Below are positions 34,530 through 46,950 of a stretch of 52,532 bases of DNA, in pieces. The position numbers and the translations under genes were made by a program. Source of the stretch: Mesotaenium endlicherianum. Lineage: Eukaryota. The notes under the pieces were generated by a model, which worked only from the letters and a program-made list of their open reading frames with translations, was not told where the DNA came from and did no database searches. How positions within the stretch are numbered: the stretch's first letter is position 1; each line of letters opens with the position of its first letter. The stretch spans positions 97,904 to 150,435 of the forward strand of contig WELA01002099.1 in NCBI GenBank assembly GCA_009602735.1. Direction: 5' to 3'.

Positions 34530-35092
34530 ACACCTGGGTCTGCATGAGGAGCCAGGTTAAGACGTTGGCGTCAATGGCCTGCCCCAACAGACGGATGCAA
34601 TTGACCTCTGTGAGGCCATCCACCTGGGTCAGATGCGGCGGGAACCTCATTGGCGGGAACTCGTCATCGCGCACGGCCACATTCTCGAGGACCCACACAA
34701 GAGAGTGGGGCGGCTGGCGCGTCTCAACGAGGTTGAGGACGCGGAGGAGATGCCAAAAGAGAGCAATGCGCGGGTCGCCAAGGGCGCCGCTGCGGCCTGC
34801 GATAGAGAACCCCTGGCAATCCCAGCCTGCAATGATGAGGTCCACTGAGGCCAAGGCGAGTCACGTGCTCGTCGGTAATGTCCCGGACATCCATGGGCCA
34901 GTCCGTCTGAGCGTTACGAAAGGCCCGTGCGGGGAAGAGGTCGGGGACTAGAGCGCCATCTGACGCCGTTCGACTTGCTGAGCCTCAACATCTACGTCAA
35001 CGTAGACGTAGCGCCGTACGGGGATGCCGACTTGCAGAGTGGCCAGCAGACCAGTGGGCATGCCACCAAAGAGCTCCACCAGAACGATGCCG
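34530..35092 (-). pseudogene. G2 DNMT domain, internally deleted
   Basis: 'GIVLVELFGGM' (~35060-35092), 'IIAGWDCQGFS', and 'WVLENV' joined almost directly to 'FPPHLTQVDG...RLLGQAIDANV'; the motif VIII region is lost. Confidence 0.85.
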
Positions 35093-37116
35093 CCGGGCCG
35101 CCTGGCCAGCTAGTCCATGTAGATCGGCGTAGGGAGCGGGCGGCAGCTCATAGCGGGGTCGCCAAGCTCTGCGGTGGGAGGATACGTGCGGGCCTCGCTG
35201 TGCTGGTGCGGAGGCATGCGGAGCGCCGCAACAGCACGCTCTGCATAGTCGCCCGTGAGATGAGGGATGGGCCGAGGCAGCAGCTGGGGCTTTGCGGCGC
35301 GCGCGTAGGCGTGGTACTCACGCCACTTGTCCTGGGCGTCCTGCAGGATGTGAGGAGGCACAGGCGTCGTGCGAGCCTGAGCCTGGCGCATGCATGTGTG
35401 AGCTGCCCACTGTGCCTGGCTTTGCGGTCCTGCGTGTGGGACGCCGAGTATGCAAGCTGGTCCAGCACCAAGCGGTGCGGCAGGTATGGATGCGGGTCAA
35501 AGTAGGCCTGCTGGCGCCAGTGGAAAGACAAGTCCATTGGGTTGGCGCTGCCAGCGGGCTCGATGCGGTAGGCAAGCTGCTGTACACGCACTGGCTGGCG
35601 GGGCGCACGCGCGGGGCAGTGCGCGCGCGCAAGGCTGAGGGTGGAGCGGCAGCTGCAAGCGTGTGCGTTGGTGGTGGCAAGCGAGCTCGTCAATGGCTGC
35701 AATACATCGCTCGGGTGCAAAGTTGGAAGCGCGGCGGCTGGTGCGGGCCACTTTTGAGGGAGGTGAGCCGCTACACCCGTCATCGGCAAGGTAGCTGCAA
35801 GGGAGTGCCGGCCGCCAATTGTAAAGTGCGTGGGAGGCGTGCATAGTGGAATGCAAAGCGTCCTCACTCTTGCACACCTTGTAGTACGGTGGAGTGACGG
35901 CACAATCACAAAGGTTGCGGTAGGGCGGCGTGACAAACCACTTGCGTCTTCGCGGGGGCGTGAGACTGCACTCGCTGCGCAGACTGCGTCGGAGCTGCGG
36001 CGGAGTGACAGCTTGCGGTCTGCCGCGGAGACTGCGTCGAGGGTCTAGGCGGATGACCAAGCGCATGACGAGCACGGCGGTCATCGCTATGTCGGGTGCG
36101 CTGGCCACCGCGCGGGCTGCTCTGGCGCCAGTGCCAAAGGTGGCGGAGGTAGCAGCGGGGAAAGCGCGGGAGCTGGCCCGAGCAGGCTTGGCATTTTTGT
36201 CGTGCAGAAGATGCGTGAGGTCGCGGCAGCTGGCGCTGGTCGAGCAGTCATGCTCGGGCTAGAAATGTGGTCCCGCTGCACAACGATAGGCCTTGCCGGA
36301 CCTGGTGGATGAGGGGCGGCTGAGCCCTAGCGGGCCTACGTATGCAAGACGGCTGAATCCCAGAGAACCAGCAGGTCCGGCAAAACTTGGGGGCCCTGTG
36401 AGCGTGCTGAAGCCTGGGGGCCCTGTGGGCATGCGGCAAACGCGGGCAACCGGTGTAACGGGCATTTGCTGCAAGGGCGCCTTGGTTTGCCCCTTGTAGG
36501 ATCCCTCCGGCGCCCCCTTGTACAACTCGTTGTTCGTCGGGGGGTCGTATGCGGCCTTGCGCATGGCCTCCTCCTCAAAGGGGTAGTGCGTCGGTTGGTA
36601 TCGTCCGTGTGCATTGACGGCGAGGGTGGCTGTGACGCCATCTGAAACTGCATAGCCACTCCCACTGGCACCTCTTGTTGCAAGTGAACGTCAGACCGTG
36701 CATCGGGCGAGCAAGCCTTGTCGTGCAGCGGCGACATAAGGACGGACGGACAAAAAGTGCCTGCAGCGGCTGCGAGGAGCTTGTGAGCTCTAGCGGCGTG
36801 GTCATCGCTGTTGTGGCGGCGTCGGCGGCCGCGGTTGCCGCTGCTGTCATCAGGCGCATCACAGCGTGTTGCGCTGCATAAATGCGCACGGACTCTTGGG
36901 CCTGCGCTGTCAGCAACTCCGACTGATCTTGTGAAGAAAGGTGAAGCTCTGCGCTTGGGAGCTCAGGCTCCTCATCCTGGGATTGGAGCAGGTCCGCCCC
37001 TACTGATACGTCATCATCCTCTGAGCCGCCCTTACTCGTTTGGGTGACGCCGAGCCGGTCGCCATCGTCGCCGAGTGCCATGAAGCTGCAGAGGGCAGCT
37101 GAGATGGGTCGCCGGT

Positions 37117-37959
37117 CTAGAATGTCGAGTGGCAATGAGTCCATGCGCCTGCCTCCCAAGCGCCAGTCGGGCAATAGTGCACTCCCTCGGTCCAGTTATC
37201 CACCGCAGCTCCAATAGGGAAGAGCACATCGTTCCCCAACACGACGTCAAAGGTGTTGGAACGCGTCACGAGCGCATGGCAATGGATCATCGTCTCAGTC
37301 GCGGTTCCCGGGCGGAAGGTGAAGACAAGTGCCAGCCGTGTGCGCCCCGTCACTGACTCAGATGTGCCAGCCGCAGTGTTGATCCACATGGGCAAATCCT
37401 CCAAGTCGGCCAAAGAGAGACGCAGCTGCCTGAAATAGCTGAGGCTAATCAAGACCGACTGAGCACCGATGTCAAACACGATGCGCTGGGGGGCCAGCTT
37501 GTTGACCAGCACGATCCCTTGGGCGTTATTCAGAAACGTCGCATTGGGGCTGTTGATCAACTGGTGCTCGTGCGGGGGTCGAGCGGGTGCGAAAAGCATT
37601 GCCGTGGCGGCGCCGTGTGCCGTCCTGTTAGTGCTCGTGCGTGTACCAAGTGCGCGAGAACGCAGCATCAGCTGGATTGCCTGCCGGGTCGCCTCCAGGA
37701 TCACGCGGAGCTCGGCAAATGAAACAGCTGGCATGCAATGCAGTGCAAGCAAGAGGACCTCGACGCTGAGCGGCACCGTCATCAATGGTGCGGCGAGTGC
37801 GTGAGGTGCGAGCGCGGCAGCCTCTGCGGGCGTCTCTAGTATGCGGAAGGAGCGGGGCAGACGCGGGCCCTCCTCTGTGCGACGTCCCTGGTTGGGCCCG
37901 TCGTCCCGCGGCTGCCACGAGCGTGCGCTCGCGGGATGTAACATGACTCGTTGAGCCAC
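37117..37959 (-). pseudogene. G2 protease region
   Basis: 'QRIVFDIGAQSVLI' (DTG>DIG) and 'FDVVLGNDVLFPIGAAVD'. Confidence 0.8.
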
Positions 37960-39122
37960 TGCAAAGTGGCCGTGTCCATGCGCAGCAAACTAGGACGGTT
38001 GCTGCTGCGGCTGCCGTCTTTGGTATGATTGGCGCCACTGCGGTCATGCCTGTTGCTGAGACGCTGATGGCGGCGCAGGCGGCGCTGCTGCTGAGACGCT
38101 GATGGCGGCGCAGGCGGCGCAATAGTCGGGACTGGCGCAGATGCTGGCATAGCTGCAGGGGCTAGTGCAGCCTCGGCAAGGTCGCCAAGTGGCGCTCCAA
38201 AATTGCCCCTGAGGCGGACCCGCCAAGCTGCTAATCCGTTGGCGCACTCGGCTGCGCATACCCCCTGCAATGCTCGGGCGGCCCGTTTGCAAGGGAGTGG
38301 GCTTTGCGCAGCCTCAGCAGCGCAGATTGCGCGTGCGCCGGGGTTTTGTGCGCAACTAGGGTTTAAGGCCTGGTTGAGCGCAGTTGTGCGCGAGCTGTGG
38401 GGTAGCTCCCCAACGGTCTGGTCGCGCAGCGGGGTTGAGGATGCCCCCCTCTCATGAAAGATGTCGCCTGCCTCAGCCGGCTGTGCGCCGGGTGTGCCGG
38501 GTCATGTGCGCGCGCCAAGTGGCGGCACGTGGACGCAGCTCTTGTGCGTAGCTGCGTAGACTGGCGCGGCTGTGACGAGGCGGTCAGGCTTGCGGAGCAA
38601 ACCTCTCAGCGGCGTTCCTGGCGTGTGGATGCAGACGTTAATGCCGACGTCGGCGCTTGGCGTCTCGAAGGCCGGGTGTGCGCCACCTGGCGTCAGGTGC
38701 TGGAACCTGCTGCTGGCAGCCAGCGGCAGACGGTTGTGCTCTGCCGCTCGCTTATGTGCAAATTTGTGCAGGTGTGCATGGCGCGTATATCGATGCTGGC
38801 AGTGACCTGCGTAGTCGTCTGGCGGGCTCCCAAGGAGACGCCAGTCGTTGTCATGCCAGCCATGATTGGCCCTGCTGTTGACAACAGAGCGGTGCAGGCC
38901 AGTGTCGTGGTCTACGTCTGTGCCGACTTGTCGTTGAGACGGGCTGCGGCATCGGCTGTGGCATCTGCCAGGTGTCACCCTGTTTGGTCGCTCTCGTCCA
39001 CTGCTGACAACTGGAGCGTAGAGTGCTTCACACGCGTCGTAGTCGGTGCTGGCGTCACAAGCGTGAAGGCAAGCAATCTCGGCCTCGGCTGCTATTAGCG
39101 CGTCGTTGAGCGCGTCTTAGCT

Positions 39123-40349
39123 CTAATGGTCCTCGCCGGGCGTCATCGCGGCGCTAGTCGTGGCAGTGGATGCCGTCATCGCGAAACTTGTGCAGGCGCG
39201 AGGGTTGCGCGTGCCTCCCTGGTTTGTTGCGGCAGAGAATCCATCACGAGCGCGCCCGTTCTTGAGGTCGCGCTTCTTTTGCAGGCAGACGACCTGCAGG
39301 TGGCCAGCTTTGCCACAGTAGGTGCAATCGCCGGGCTTGCCATTTTGTGCGCGCGTGCAGTCACGGTGGGGGTGGCCCATCTTCCCGGAAGACCAGCAGG
39401 GGTCACTTGTCGTGGCGGCCATTTATATGTGACCGCGCGGAGCTCCGCGCTGCTGAGTCTGCTGGGGCAGCTGCAAGCGCTGAGGCTGCTGTTGCTGGAG
39501 TTGGCAGGCAGAGGCTGGGCGCATCGTAGAAGATGGCAGCACCGTGGCCTCCTGGCGTACGCCCGTAGGTGCAAGGTCTACACGGCCGTTGATGTTGCTC
39601 CGTGAAACAGCCAGACTCTGTTTCTCAATTGAGAGGTAAGCGTCCTCCAGTGAGTATTTGGAACCCTTGCGATCAATGAGGGGGGCGATAGCTCTCTCCC
39701 TTAGACGTGGCTCCACGGCACGCAAGAAGAACTCCGTTGCCTCTTGGTCAGTGACCGTGCCCACGTCTCGACGCAGGTGGGTCACACGTCATGCGGTCGA
39801 CTTGTTCTTGCGGCGGAAGAAGTGGTGCACCTCGTACACCTTCTCCTCCGTGGTGGAGTGAAACTCTAATCTGAGGACGTCCCAGAAGGCCTGAACAGGG
39901 TCAGCTAGTTGGGTCTGAACATTCCCCACAAGCTCTGTGCGCGTGAGGATCTCAGCTGCCTTCTGACGGTAGGTGTTGCGAGCTTCGTAGAGAAGGTAAC
40001 ACATGAGCGTGCCAAATACTTGGCGCTTAGTGAGCGCTGGGATCTTGAGCTTAACGTTCTCAAAGTTAGCCTCAAACTTAGAGATAGTGTCGTCCAGATC
40101 ACAGGTGCCTGGCCTGTCGCTGAAGCAGAAGAAGGATGTCCTGTCTACCTTTGTACCTTGGTCACCTGCCATGGAGTATGAGGGATAGTAATGAGTGCAC
40201 TAAAGCGGTGGCTCGTGGACGGCCGTAGGCTGCGGGGGCAACGGGTGCTCCTCCTCAAGCGGATTAGTGACAATACTAAGATCTGAGTTCGAATACTTGC
40301 CACTAACCCCTTCATAGTGAGGCTGATAAGATTGACTACGGGTAGGCAT
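39123..40349 (-). pseudogene. gag: G2 gag
   Basis: 'VDRTSFFCFSDRPGTCDLDDT', 'ADPVQAFWDVLR', 'CTYCGKAGHLQVVC'; several frameshifts. Confidence 0.85.
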
Positions 40350-41894
40350 ACGCTGAAGACTTTAATTGCTTGTAGACAAAGAATTTTTTTTTCAGAAGTA
40401 GGGAGAGTATACTGTCCAGAGTGAGCACCTTAAAATTGTAATCTGGTAGGAAAACAACTAATGATGTCTGGCCCAAAAGATCACGTGAAGCTCATTTTGA
40501 TCTTTAAGAGTAGTCCTATGGCAGGGTTTAAGCTGTGACTTTGCGCACCACTTGTGAAGTTCGTCAAGTGACTAGAAGCCAAGAGGGCTTGCTCTTCACA
40601 AGAGAGAGACTAAGTGGCCCTGAAAGCACAAGAGGTAAAAGTGTAAGCTTTACTAATAACTCTGTGGCTTACAGCTGGCATATTTGACTTCTAAAAGATG
40701 TTCTTCTAAGGGCATCAACTACAATATACTTCCCGCAAAACCGGCGCTGAGGGCGGTGAATTCAATGCACACAATCACACTAGGAAGCTCTCCTAGGTCC
40801 ATGAAATTGGAGGCAACGCAAGTATTAGCTCTCCTATTTGCTAAGCACAAAACACACCAATCAAATATAGTGCAAGGAAGAGGATGCATAACTCTCATTG
40901 GCAAAGCTTACCTCGACCAAAGCTACCTAGATAACGCCTCAAAAGTACATCTGAACTCAAGAAAAGCTTCCTCCAGGAATGTGTGATGCAGTCACCCAGT
41001 GATAGCTCTAGTGGTGCTCAGATACTATGCTAATACATGCTGTGTACTTTATCAAGCTCGCATATTTGTACGCTAACGGCTAGAGGTCCTTGGAGTCGCG
41101 AAGAGCCAACAATGTGACCTTTAGGCACATTGAGTCACAAGGTGGCCCTAGTGGAACTCCGCTAGGGGCCGGTAGGTGGCGCGGACTAGATCGCGAACAT
41201 CTCGCTTGATACTTGACCCAATGGCGCGGAATTGGTGCCGCTCGGAAGGTGACTCGGCGCTGTACACTTTGTGATGCGGAACGCTAGCAAAGGTCAACAT
41301 ACCAATGCGTAAAGCAAGGTCAAGGTCGGCCTTCCTAGGTCGATGGTCAACACACGTGTGGCTTTGCTTGGTGCGACGGTCCCAACCTAATGAGTCGTGA
41401 CATCCATACTCAGAGTGCCATCCCTCCTTTTCCCCTCGGCGCTAGAAACTCGCATTGTCCTCTTGCCCCCCCCTCGGTGCCAGGCACTGACAACGTGGGT
41501 CCCCCCTCTAGTATCAATAGCTAGCGCGCGCAAAAAGTGACTCTATCAGCATGCAGGACCCTTCTTCAAAGTCAACGATCCTGCGGTGCCCACGCGCTGT
41601 CCCCATGTCTCCACTCTCACTCGCTGGTTGTGTCGCACTTCCCAGCAGCCCATGCGCACCCTGTGAGGCGAGTGATTGCGTGCAAGCAACCAATAGGGTA
41701 GGCCCCCCCTCTCGATCTGCAGCGTGCATGCATGGGGCGGCGCTATGTGGCGGCGGCAGGGACTTGTCTCCAGGCGGCAAGGACGTGTACGACGACAACA
41801 ATTCCACTCACTCGGTTCATGCTTTCCTGTCCTCAATTCCGCTAGTAACCTTTGAATAAGCCCCCTTTCAAATTGCGGTGTGCAATTACGGCAG

Positions 41895-42251
41895 GTATGC
41901 ACTACTTGGCAACAGGGACACGTACAGTCACGACTACCACTACGCCGTCTCCGTTGCCGATCCCCACTCCACAGAGGCGCACCCCGAATCGGACGCCGCC
42001 GCCGCCCGGGCGGCGCTGCTCCCGACCGGGTACGGCTGGGCGGTGAACACGGGCGCCATGCGGGTGCTCATCTGGCAGAGCCAACTGGCGATTAATGTGC
42101 TCCGCGGCAACGAGCTCATCGTGGGCAACAGCTGTGTGGGGGTGCGCATCAGCAACCAGAGGCACAGTGACGCCGCGGCCTTTAGGGCCCGCGCTGACTC
42201 GCCCTTCTTTGGCTTTGGCCAGAAGAGCGGCCTTCAGCTGGACAAGAATAG
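41895..42251 (+). CDS. GH31 gene exon (N-terminal beta-sandwich region)
   Basis: CAG acceptor ends 41894, GT donor at 42252. GC-rich codons. Ends 'SPFFGFGQKSGLQLDKNR', resembling the GH31 'FYGFGEK.G.LDK' motif. Confidence 0.75.
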
Positions 42252-42798
42252 GTACCTAGCACTCTTGCTAGAACCTGCTACCCTTTTTACTTACTCTTCT
42301 CACTCCCTATTTTGCCAACCCCCTAACCCCTGCGCCTTCCTTGCCCCCCAAATTTGCCACCCAACCCCCCCCCTCCCNGCCTCATTCTGTAGGTTGCCCT
42401 TGTCTCTTTGCCGGCCTCCTTGCCCTACCCTTGAAGTCCAATTTACGAGCATCAAGATTTCAAAACTTTGTCGGGACACGTCTTGGGCCCCATGCCACTG
42501 CCGCTGGTAGGGACCAGTGGACCAGTTCGAGGATGTCCTCTAGAGGTGTACCTCAAGCTCTCTTTCTCAATCTCTCTCTCTCTCACACTCTCTCTCTCTC
42601 TCTTTCACACACACACACACACACACAAAAGAATGAGTAGCAAGCTCTCCTTTCAGCGTACGCGTGCTTCCAGCAATTGGCGAGCGTGCAGGGAGGCCAC
42701 GACACTTACTGAATAGCAAAACGCTGTTCCTCTCTGCACGCGTTTGCTTCTTTGCAAGCGCGTGCTACTTTGCGTGCTTCTCATGCGCGTGCGTGCAG

Positions 42799-42982
42799 GG
42801 AGGCCATGACGTTCTTTAACTACGACAACTTTCCCTACAATTTCAACGACCTGTTGCTGTCGCTGTACATCAGCGTGTCGCTCCTCATCGAGACCAACGC
42901 CGGCTGCAAAGGCGCTGACAGCCCGTATGCATACGGCATCTTCCTGGACAACCCCACGCAGACCTTCATGAATCTTTTGCAG
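42799..42982 (+). CDS. GH31 gene exon
   Basis: Phase-compatible with the previous exon. 'MTFFNYDNFPY...SLYISVSLLI...AYGIFLDNPTQTF' matches the GH31 'N.D...LY.S.P......YGIF.DN' signature. Donor CAG|GTGCGC. Confidence 0.8.
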
Positions 42983-43229
42983 GTGCGCGGCCTTGTGCAG
43001 TCAGCCAGCCTGCTCACTGTGAATCTGATGAGATGTGTTCGACGCTTACTCTACTCTAAATAGTTGCTTGTTCGTTCTTTTGATAGGCACTCGTTGTCTG
43101 ATTGGCCGATTGCTAGTCTATGGACAGAATGGTGGGATACAGATTGACATGATTGACATCGACTAGATACAAACGCACAAACTCTCTCTCTCCCTCTAAT
43201 ACACACGCACATGCATGCACACACAAACA

Positions 43230-43239
<10 letters not shown>

Positions 43240-43287
<48 letters not shown>
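43240..43287. repeat. (CA)n microsatellite; other simple repeats at ~22338-22368 (TA) and ~42572-42626 (CT/CA)
   Basis: Directly visible in the sequence. Confidence 0.95.
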
Positions 43288-43290
<3 letters not shown>

Positions 43291-44907
43291 GGGCGCGCGC
43301 GCACACACGCCCAAGACAAGTGACCGGCAGAATTTGACCGACTGACGACTCCCTGACCACGACGCCCGTCGCTTGCCACTTGTCACTTGCCATGCACCCG
43401 CTTATGCAATTCGTACAATTCGTTCAGTCGTTAATCCAATAGTTTACTTGTTTGCGCATTGTCCTTTTAAAGTTATATTTATTTAGCAACAGATGCTCAA
43501 ATTGATGCTTATGCAAAAATTTGAAAAGCGTTCTTATTGTTTTTGTACTTTTACCTCCTGATCAGTATTACTTAGAAATTACCCCACGCGTTAAGGCAGA
43601 TTGTAGTTGCACACCACTCTACAAGTGCCTACTGGTCCCAAGGCCCGTTCAACCACCCTTTTCATGTGTGTCTGTATTTGTTAGCAGTCAACGACAGGTC
43701 GTTAGTTCTCTTTACAAAGTGTATGTTACGGCAGGTTACTACACATCTTCACCTGTCAGGTCCTCCACCTCTCAGCCATGGCACCCGCCTTTCAAGGGTA
43801 TGCTCCATGCTTAAGTATCTTACTCTTCCGTTCCCCGTATTGGATGAGGGCAACAGCTTGTCCATTGCATTCATGATCAAAGAAGTGCACAAATGTGAAT
43901 ATGCACCCAGGTTGGCGTTCATCGGCCTCCATAAGTACTTCAGTAGCAACATTACACCCCATAACAATCAACTCTTATTGCCTTCATTAGATACTATGCA
44001 CAATTCAAGCCAAAAGAGCTATATAAAAGATGATGTATAAATTTTGAGAATATAAACCACAATCCACTCAGAACACATGAAGCAATAGAAAGTGCTTGTG
44101 TAGTTTACGTATAGTTGATGAACTACAATCTTACTCCACACCCTCATATTGTACAAGTCACAATATGACCCGTACCGATCGACGTGAACATCAATGGAAA
44201 GGAATCCCATGTCAATCCAGATGGGTAAAAAATGGACTCAAAGTAGTTATCCTTCCAAAATCTCATATGAGATTTCTAGTTCACAATTATATTAAATATG
44301 GTATCTGTTGAGCGGATGTTAAATATAAGTATGTACTTGCATAATTTTTGAGATACTTCATGGTGTGGACTTGACAATGAACTTCCCAATGTTTGAAAGT
44401 CATCGACATGACAATCCAAGTTTTCTTTCCGTTGCAAGTCAAACTTCGTATTCTGACCATGTATCTGTCCGCCGTGTATGCGTGAAAACAATTGTAAGGA
44501 ATTTTACTCCTAAAAGTATCATAGAATTGGAGGAGTTTGCTTGATTGAATGGGTTTAAAAAACACCCATTTGGGGCTTTGGGGCTTCTCGAATCCTAAAG
44601 GCTAAATCAACCCCATGAATTACAACTTCATGCCAACATTTTGTTCATTGAAGTTTTTTAGACTTAGCACACATCAAGGCAATTGCAAGAAATAAGTGAG
44701 AAAAGGAAACATGGAAAAGTTGTTCACGATAATTAAATAGTGCACAAATTGAAGGTTTGTCGCAAACCAAAGTTTGACAAGTGTTCAAATTTGATCGATT
44801 TCACACGTGTTGTGTCTCATCGACAAACGAAACCCTCATAAGGCTTCTCGTTGCAAAGAAGCCTCATTGCAGCAGAAAGGTAGTTGCTACACATACCCGC
44901 GTAGACA

Positions 44908-45957
44908 TTGCATGCCGAGACTTACTCAAACAATCTTATGTCAGGCATACAAAATCGCTTGATAGAGTACCATAGATCCGCGAACACTCGAGACGCGGAC
45001 GTGTTTGCTCACTTACGAGCGATGACGGAGAGAGGTGAGGGAAGCCAGGGAGGCCCGAGCGACTTACGTAATGATGGCGAGCAGGTCAATGGCGAGCAAT
45101 GTAACGACATTGGTAGGGCGAGAGAAGCGAGCCAGCTTACTGCTGACGAAATCGCCAAATTACATGCAGAGTTCCTTAAAGAGTACGAAAGCGAGCAGGC
45201 CGAGCTCAGCAAGGCGGAAGCGGCTGAGCTCAAAGCTGCGCAGCACGCTGCTCATCTCGAAATGGCCAAGTTACAGCAGGCAGTGAGCAAACTAGCGCAA
45301 AGCAAGGTCTCGCGAGCTCACGATGGCGAGGGAACAGGGGCGGGCATCCTCCAGCAGCTCAAGCGGCTCAAGAGGAAAAGTGAGGTTGCAGGTGTGGGCA
45401 AGTTGTCTGAGGGCAACCGTGCCCAAATGAAGGTCATGAACAACCTCGCGGAGCTGTGCCACAACGCTCAAGATGCGCTGGACAAGGAAGACATTGAAGC
45501 GGCCCAAAGCGCGCTCACTGAAGGTTTGTCTTTGATAACTTTTCGGCAAAAGCAAATCATTTCCGCGGACTTGCATAGCTGGCCTGTGATTAATGAGGTT
45601 GTCAAGTCCATGCAAACTAAGGATGAGAGCGAGGATTGGGAGAATCGGGTCCAAAAGCAAGTGGCTAAGAGTAAGAAGGACAAAGAGGAGGAGAGGGAGT
45701 TTGATTTTAGTAGCCGTAAACCACGGGCCAGCCCGTATGCGTATAAGGCTAACCCCCGCGCTCCTAGGATGTTTAGAAATGACTTGCGTTGCTGGCACTG
45801 CCACATGGTAGGCCACACATCTTGTTTTTGCCCTTCGGGGCCACCTAATGGCCCAGGCCCCCAACAGAGGCAGCCTTTGCTAGCACCAGCTCAGGTAGCA
45901 AACTTCCAGGGGCCTTACGGGCCACCCCAGGGGCCTTATGGCCAGCCCCAGCGTTGA
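44908..45957 (+). CDS. DIRS Gag-like ORF1 with CCHC knuckle
   Basis: 349-aa open frame, coiled-coil-like N-terminal half, 'CWHCHMVGHTSCFC'. True start codon is uncertain. Confidence 0.75.
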   Translation: MHAETYSNNLMSGIQNRLIEYHRSANTRDADVFAHLRAMTERGEGSQGGPSDLRNDGEQVNGEQCNDIGRAREASQLTADEIAKLHAEFLKEYESEQAELSKAEAAELKAAQHAAHLEMAKLQQAVSKLAQSKVSRAHDGEGTGAGILQQLKRLKRKSEVAGVGKLSEGNRAQMKVMNNLAELCHNAQDALDKEDIEAAQSALTEGLSLITFRQKQIISADLHSWPVINEVVKSMQTKDESEDWENRVQKQVAKSKKDKEEEREFDFSSRKPRASPYAYKANPRAPRMFRNDLRCWHCHMVGHTSCFCPSGPPNGPGPQQRQPLLAPAQVANFQGPYGPPQGPYGQPQR

Positions 45958-46950
45958 TAGCATTTTTTTGTTATTAGGAGTGTGAATAGTTGGACATTGT
46001 TAACCAGGCCTTTGGCCTCCATGGACAATTTAATTTTTTTGGTATGATTATTTATTATTATTTTTATTGGCAAAATTGTTGCTGCATTGGTTGGCCACTT
46101 AGGCCCCCTGGACAGTTGAGTGCACATGCTCACATTAAGGAGCCTAATATTGTTGGACGTGGGTGGGATACCAGGCCTAGGACTCCACAAATATTTGTTT
46201 TTGATTATTGTTGCTATTGGTTATGTTTGATTGGTTGGTGACTCGGTTCTTGCTTGTGGTCGTTGCATACATGATGGTGTTTGTTGTAAATATTTTGTGG
46301 CCGTTTTGTTGGTTGTATAGTTGCCGTTACGTCAGTTTGCTTGTTGGGCAAAATAGTAGGCGGATGTCTTATCAAGGGACGTACGCCGCACATATGGATA
46401 TGCGTAAGTGGAAGAAAGCCCCTTCAGGCCTCCTAGGCGCTGACAGATGGCGCACGAATGGAGACCACTCTCATTGAGCTTTGGTTCTCGCGGCTGTTTT
46501 TTTGGTTTGTTGGCGTGTCGCCCCTCGCGCACTGGCGCGTTGTATTTGCAAGGCTGCTATAGGCCAGAGGAGTGTCGCCAAAAGGTTTTCAAAGCACAAA
46601 CTGAATGCACGCGCACTGGCGCAAGTATGCATGAAGGCTCCTGCCAGCCATATAGGCTTTGGCAGTGGGAGCATGATTGGGATCACTCCTATGAAGTTTG
46701 GATCGCCGCGTATAGAGGGGCTGCAATGCGATGTTGAAAGGGTGCACACATGTGCCACCCAAGTCGGTCGCCGGTGCATGCATAGCGTACCCCGATGCTG
46801 CAATTGCGGAGCAGGGTAATGAAAGATGCCAATCAATCGTTGACACGTTCGAGGCATCGTGGCCAAGACCAACCGCGGGTATGCTATATCGTGTGTTGGG
46901 TCATAGGTAATTTCGTGAGCGACGAGAAGGATTTCTAACACGAACTCCAA

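Larger units (their letters stand above)
30853..41402 (-). mobile_element. G2: decayed copy of the DNMT/PHD Gypsy family, A-ORFs-PPT-B form, in a GH31 intron
   Basis: Plus-strand ends TGTCGTGC (30853) and CGTGACA (41402). TSD TCCG (30849-30852) / TCCA (41403-41406). B is 30853-30990 and A is 40401-41402. Same domain order as G1. Confidence 0.9.

Noticed and set aside
42680..42705. Near-duplicate of the GH31 acceptor ('gcgtgcagggaggccacgac')
   Set aside because: A short local duplication that hits a stop soon after; the 42799 site gives the conserved peptide.
43500..44700. Short ORFs flanking the DIRS element, and ORF 52265-52489
   Set aside because: No recognisable domains; could not be tied to the GH31 gene.
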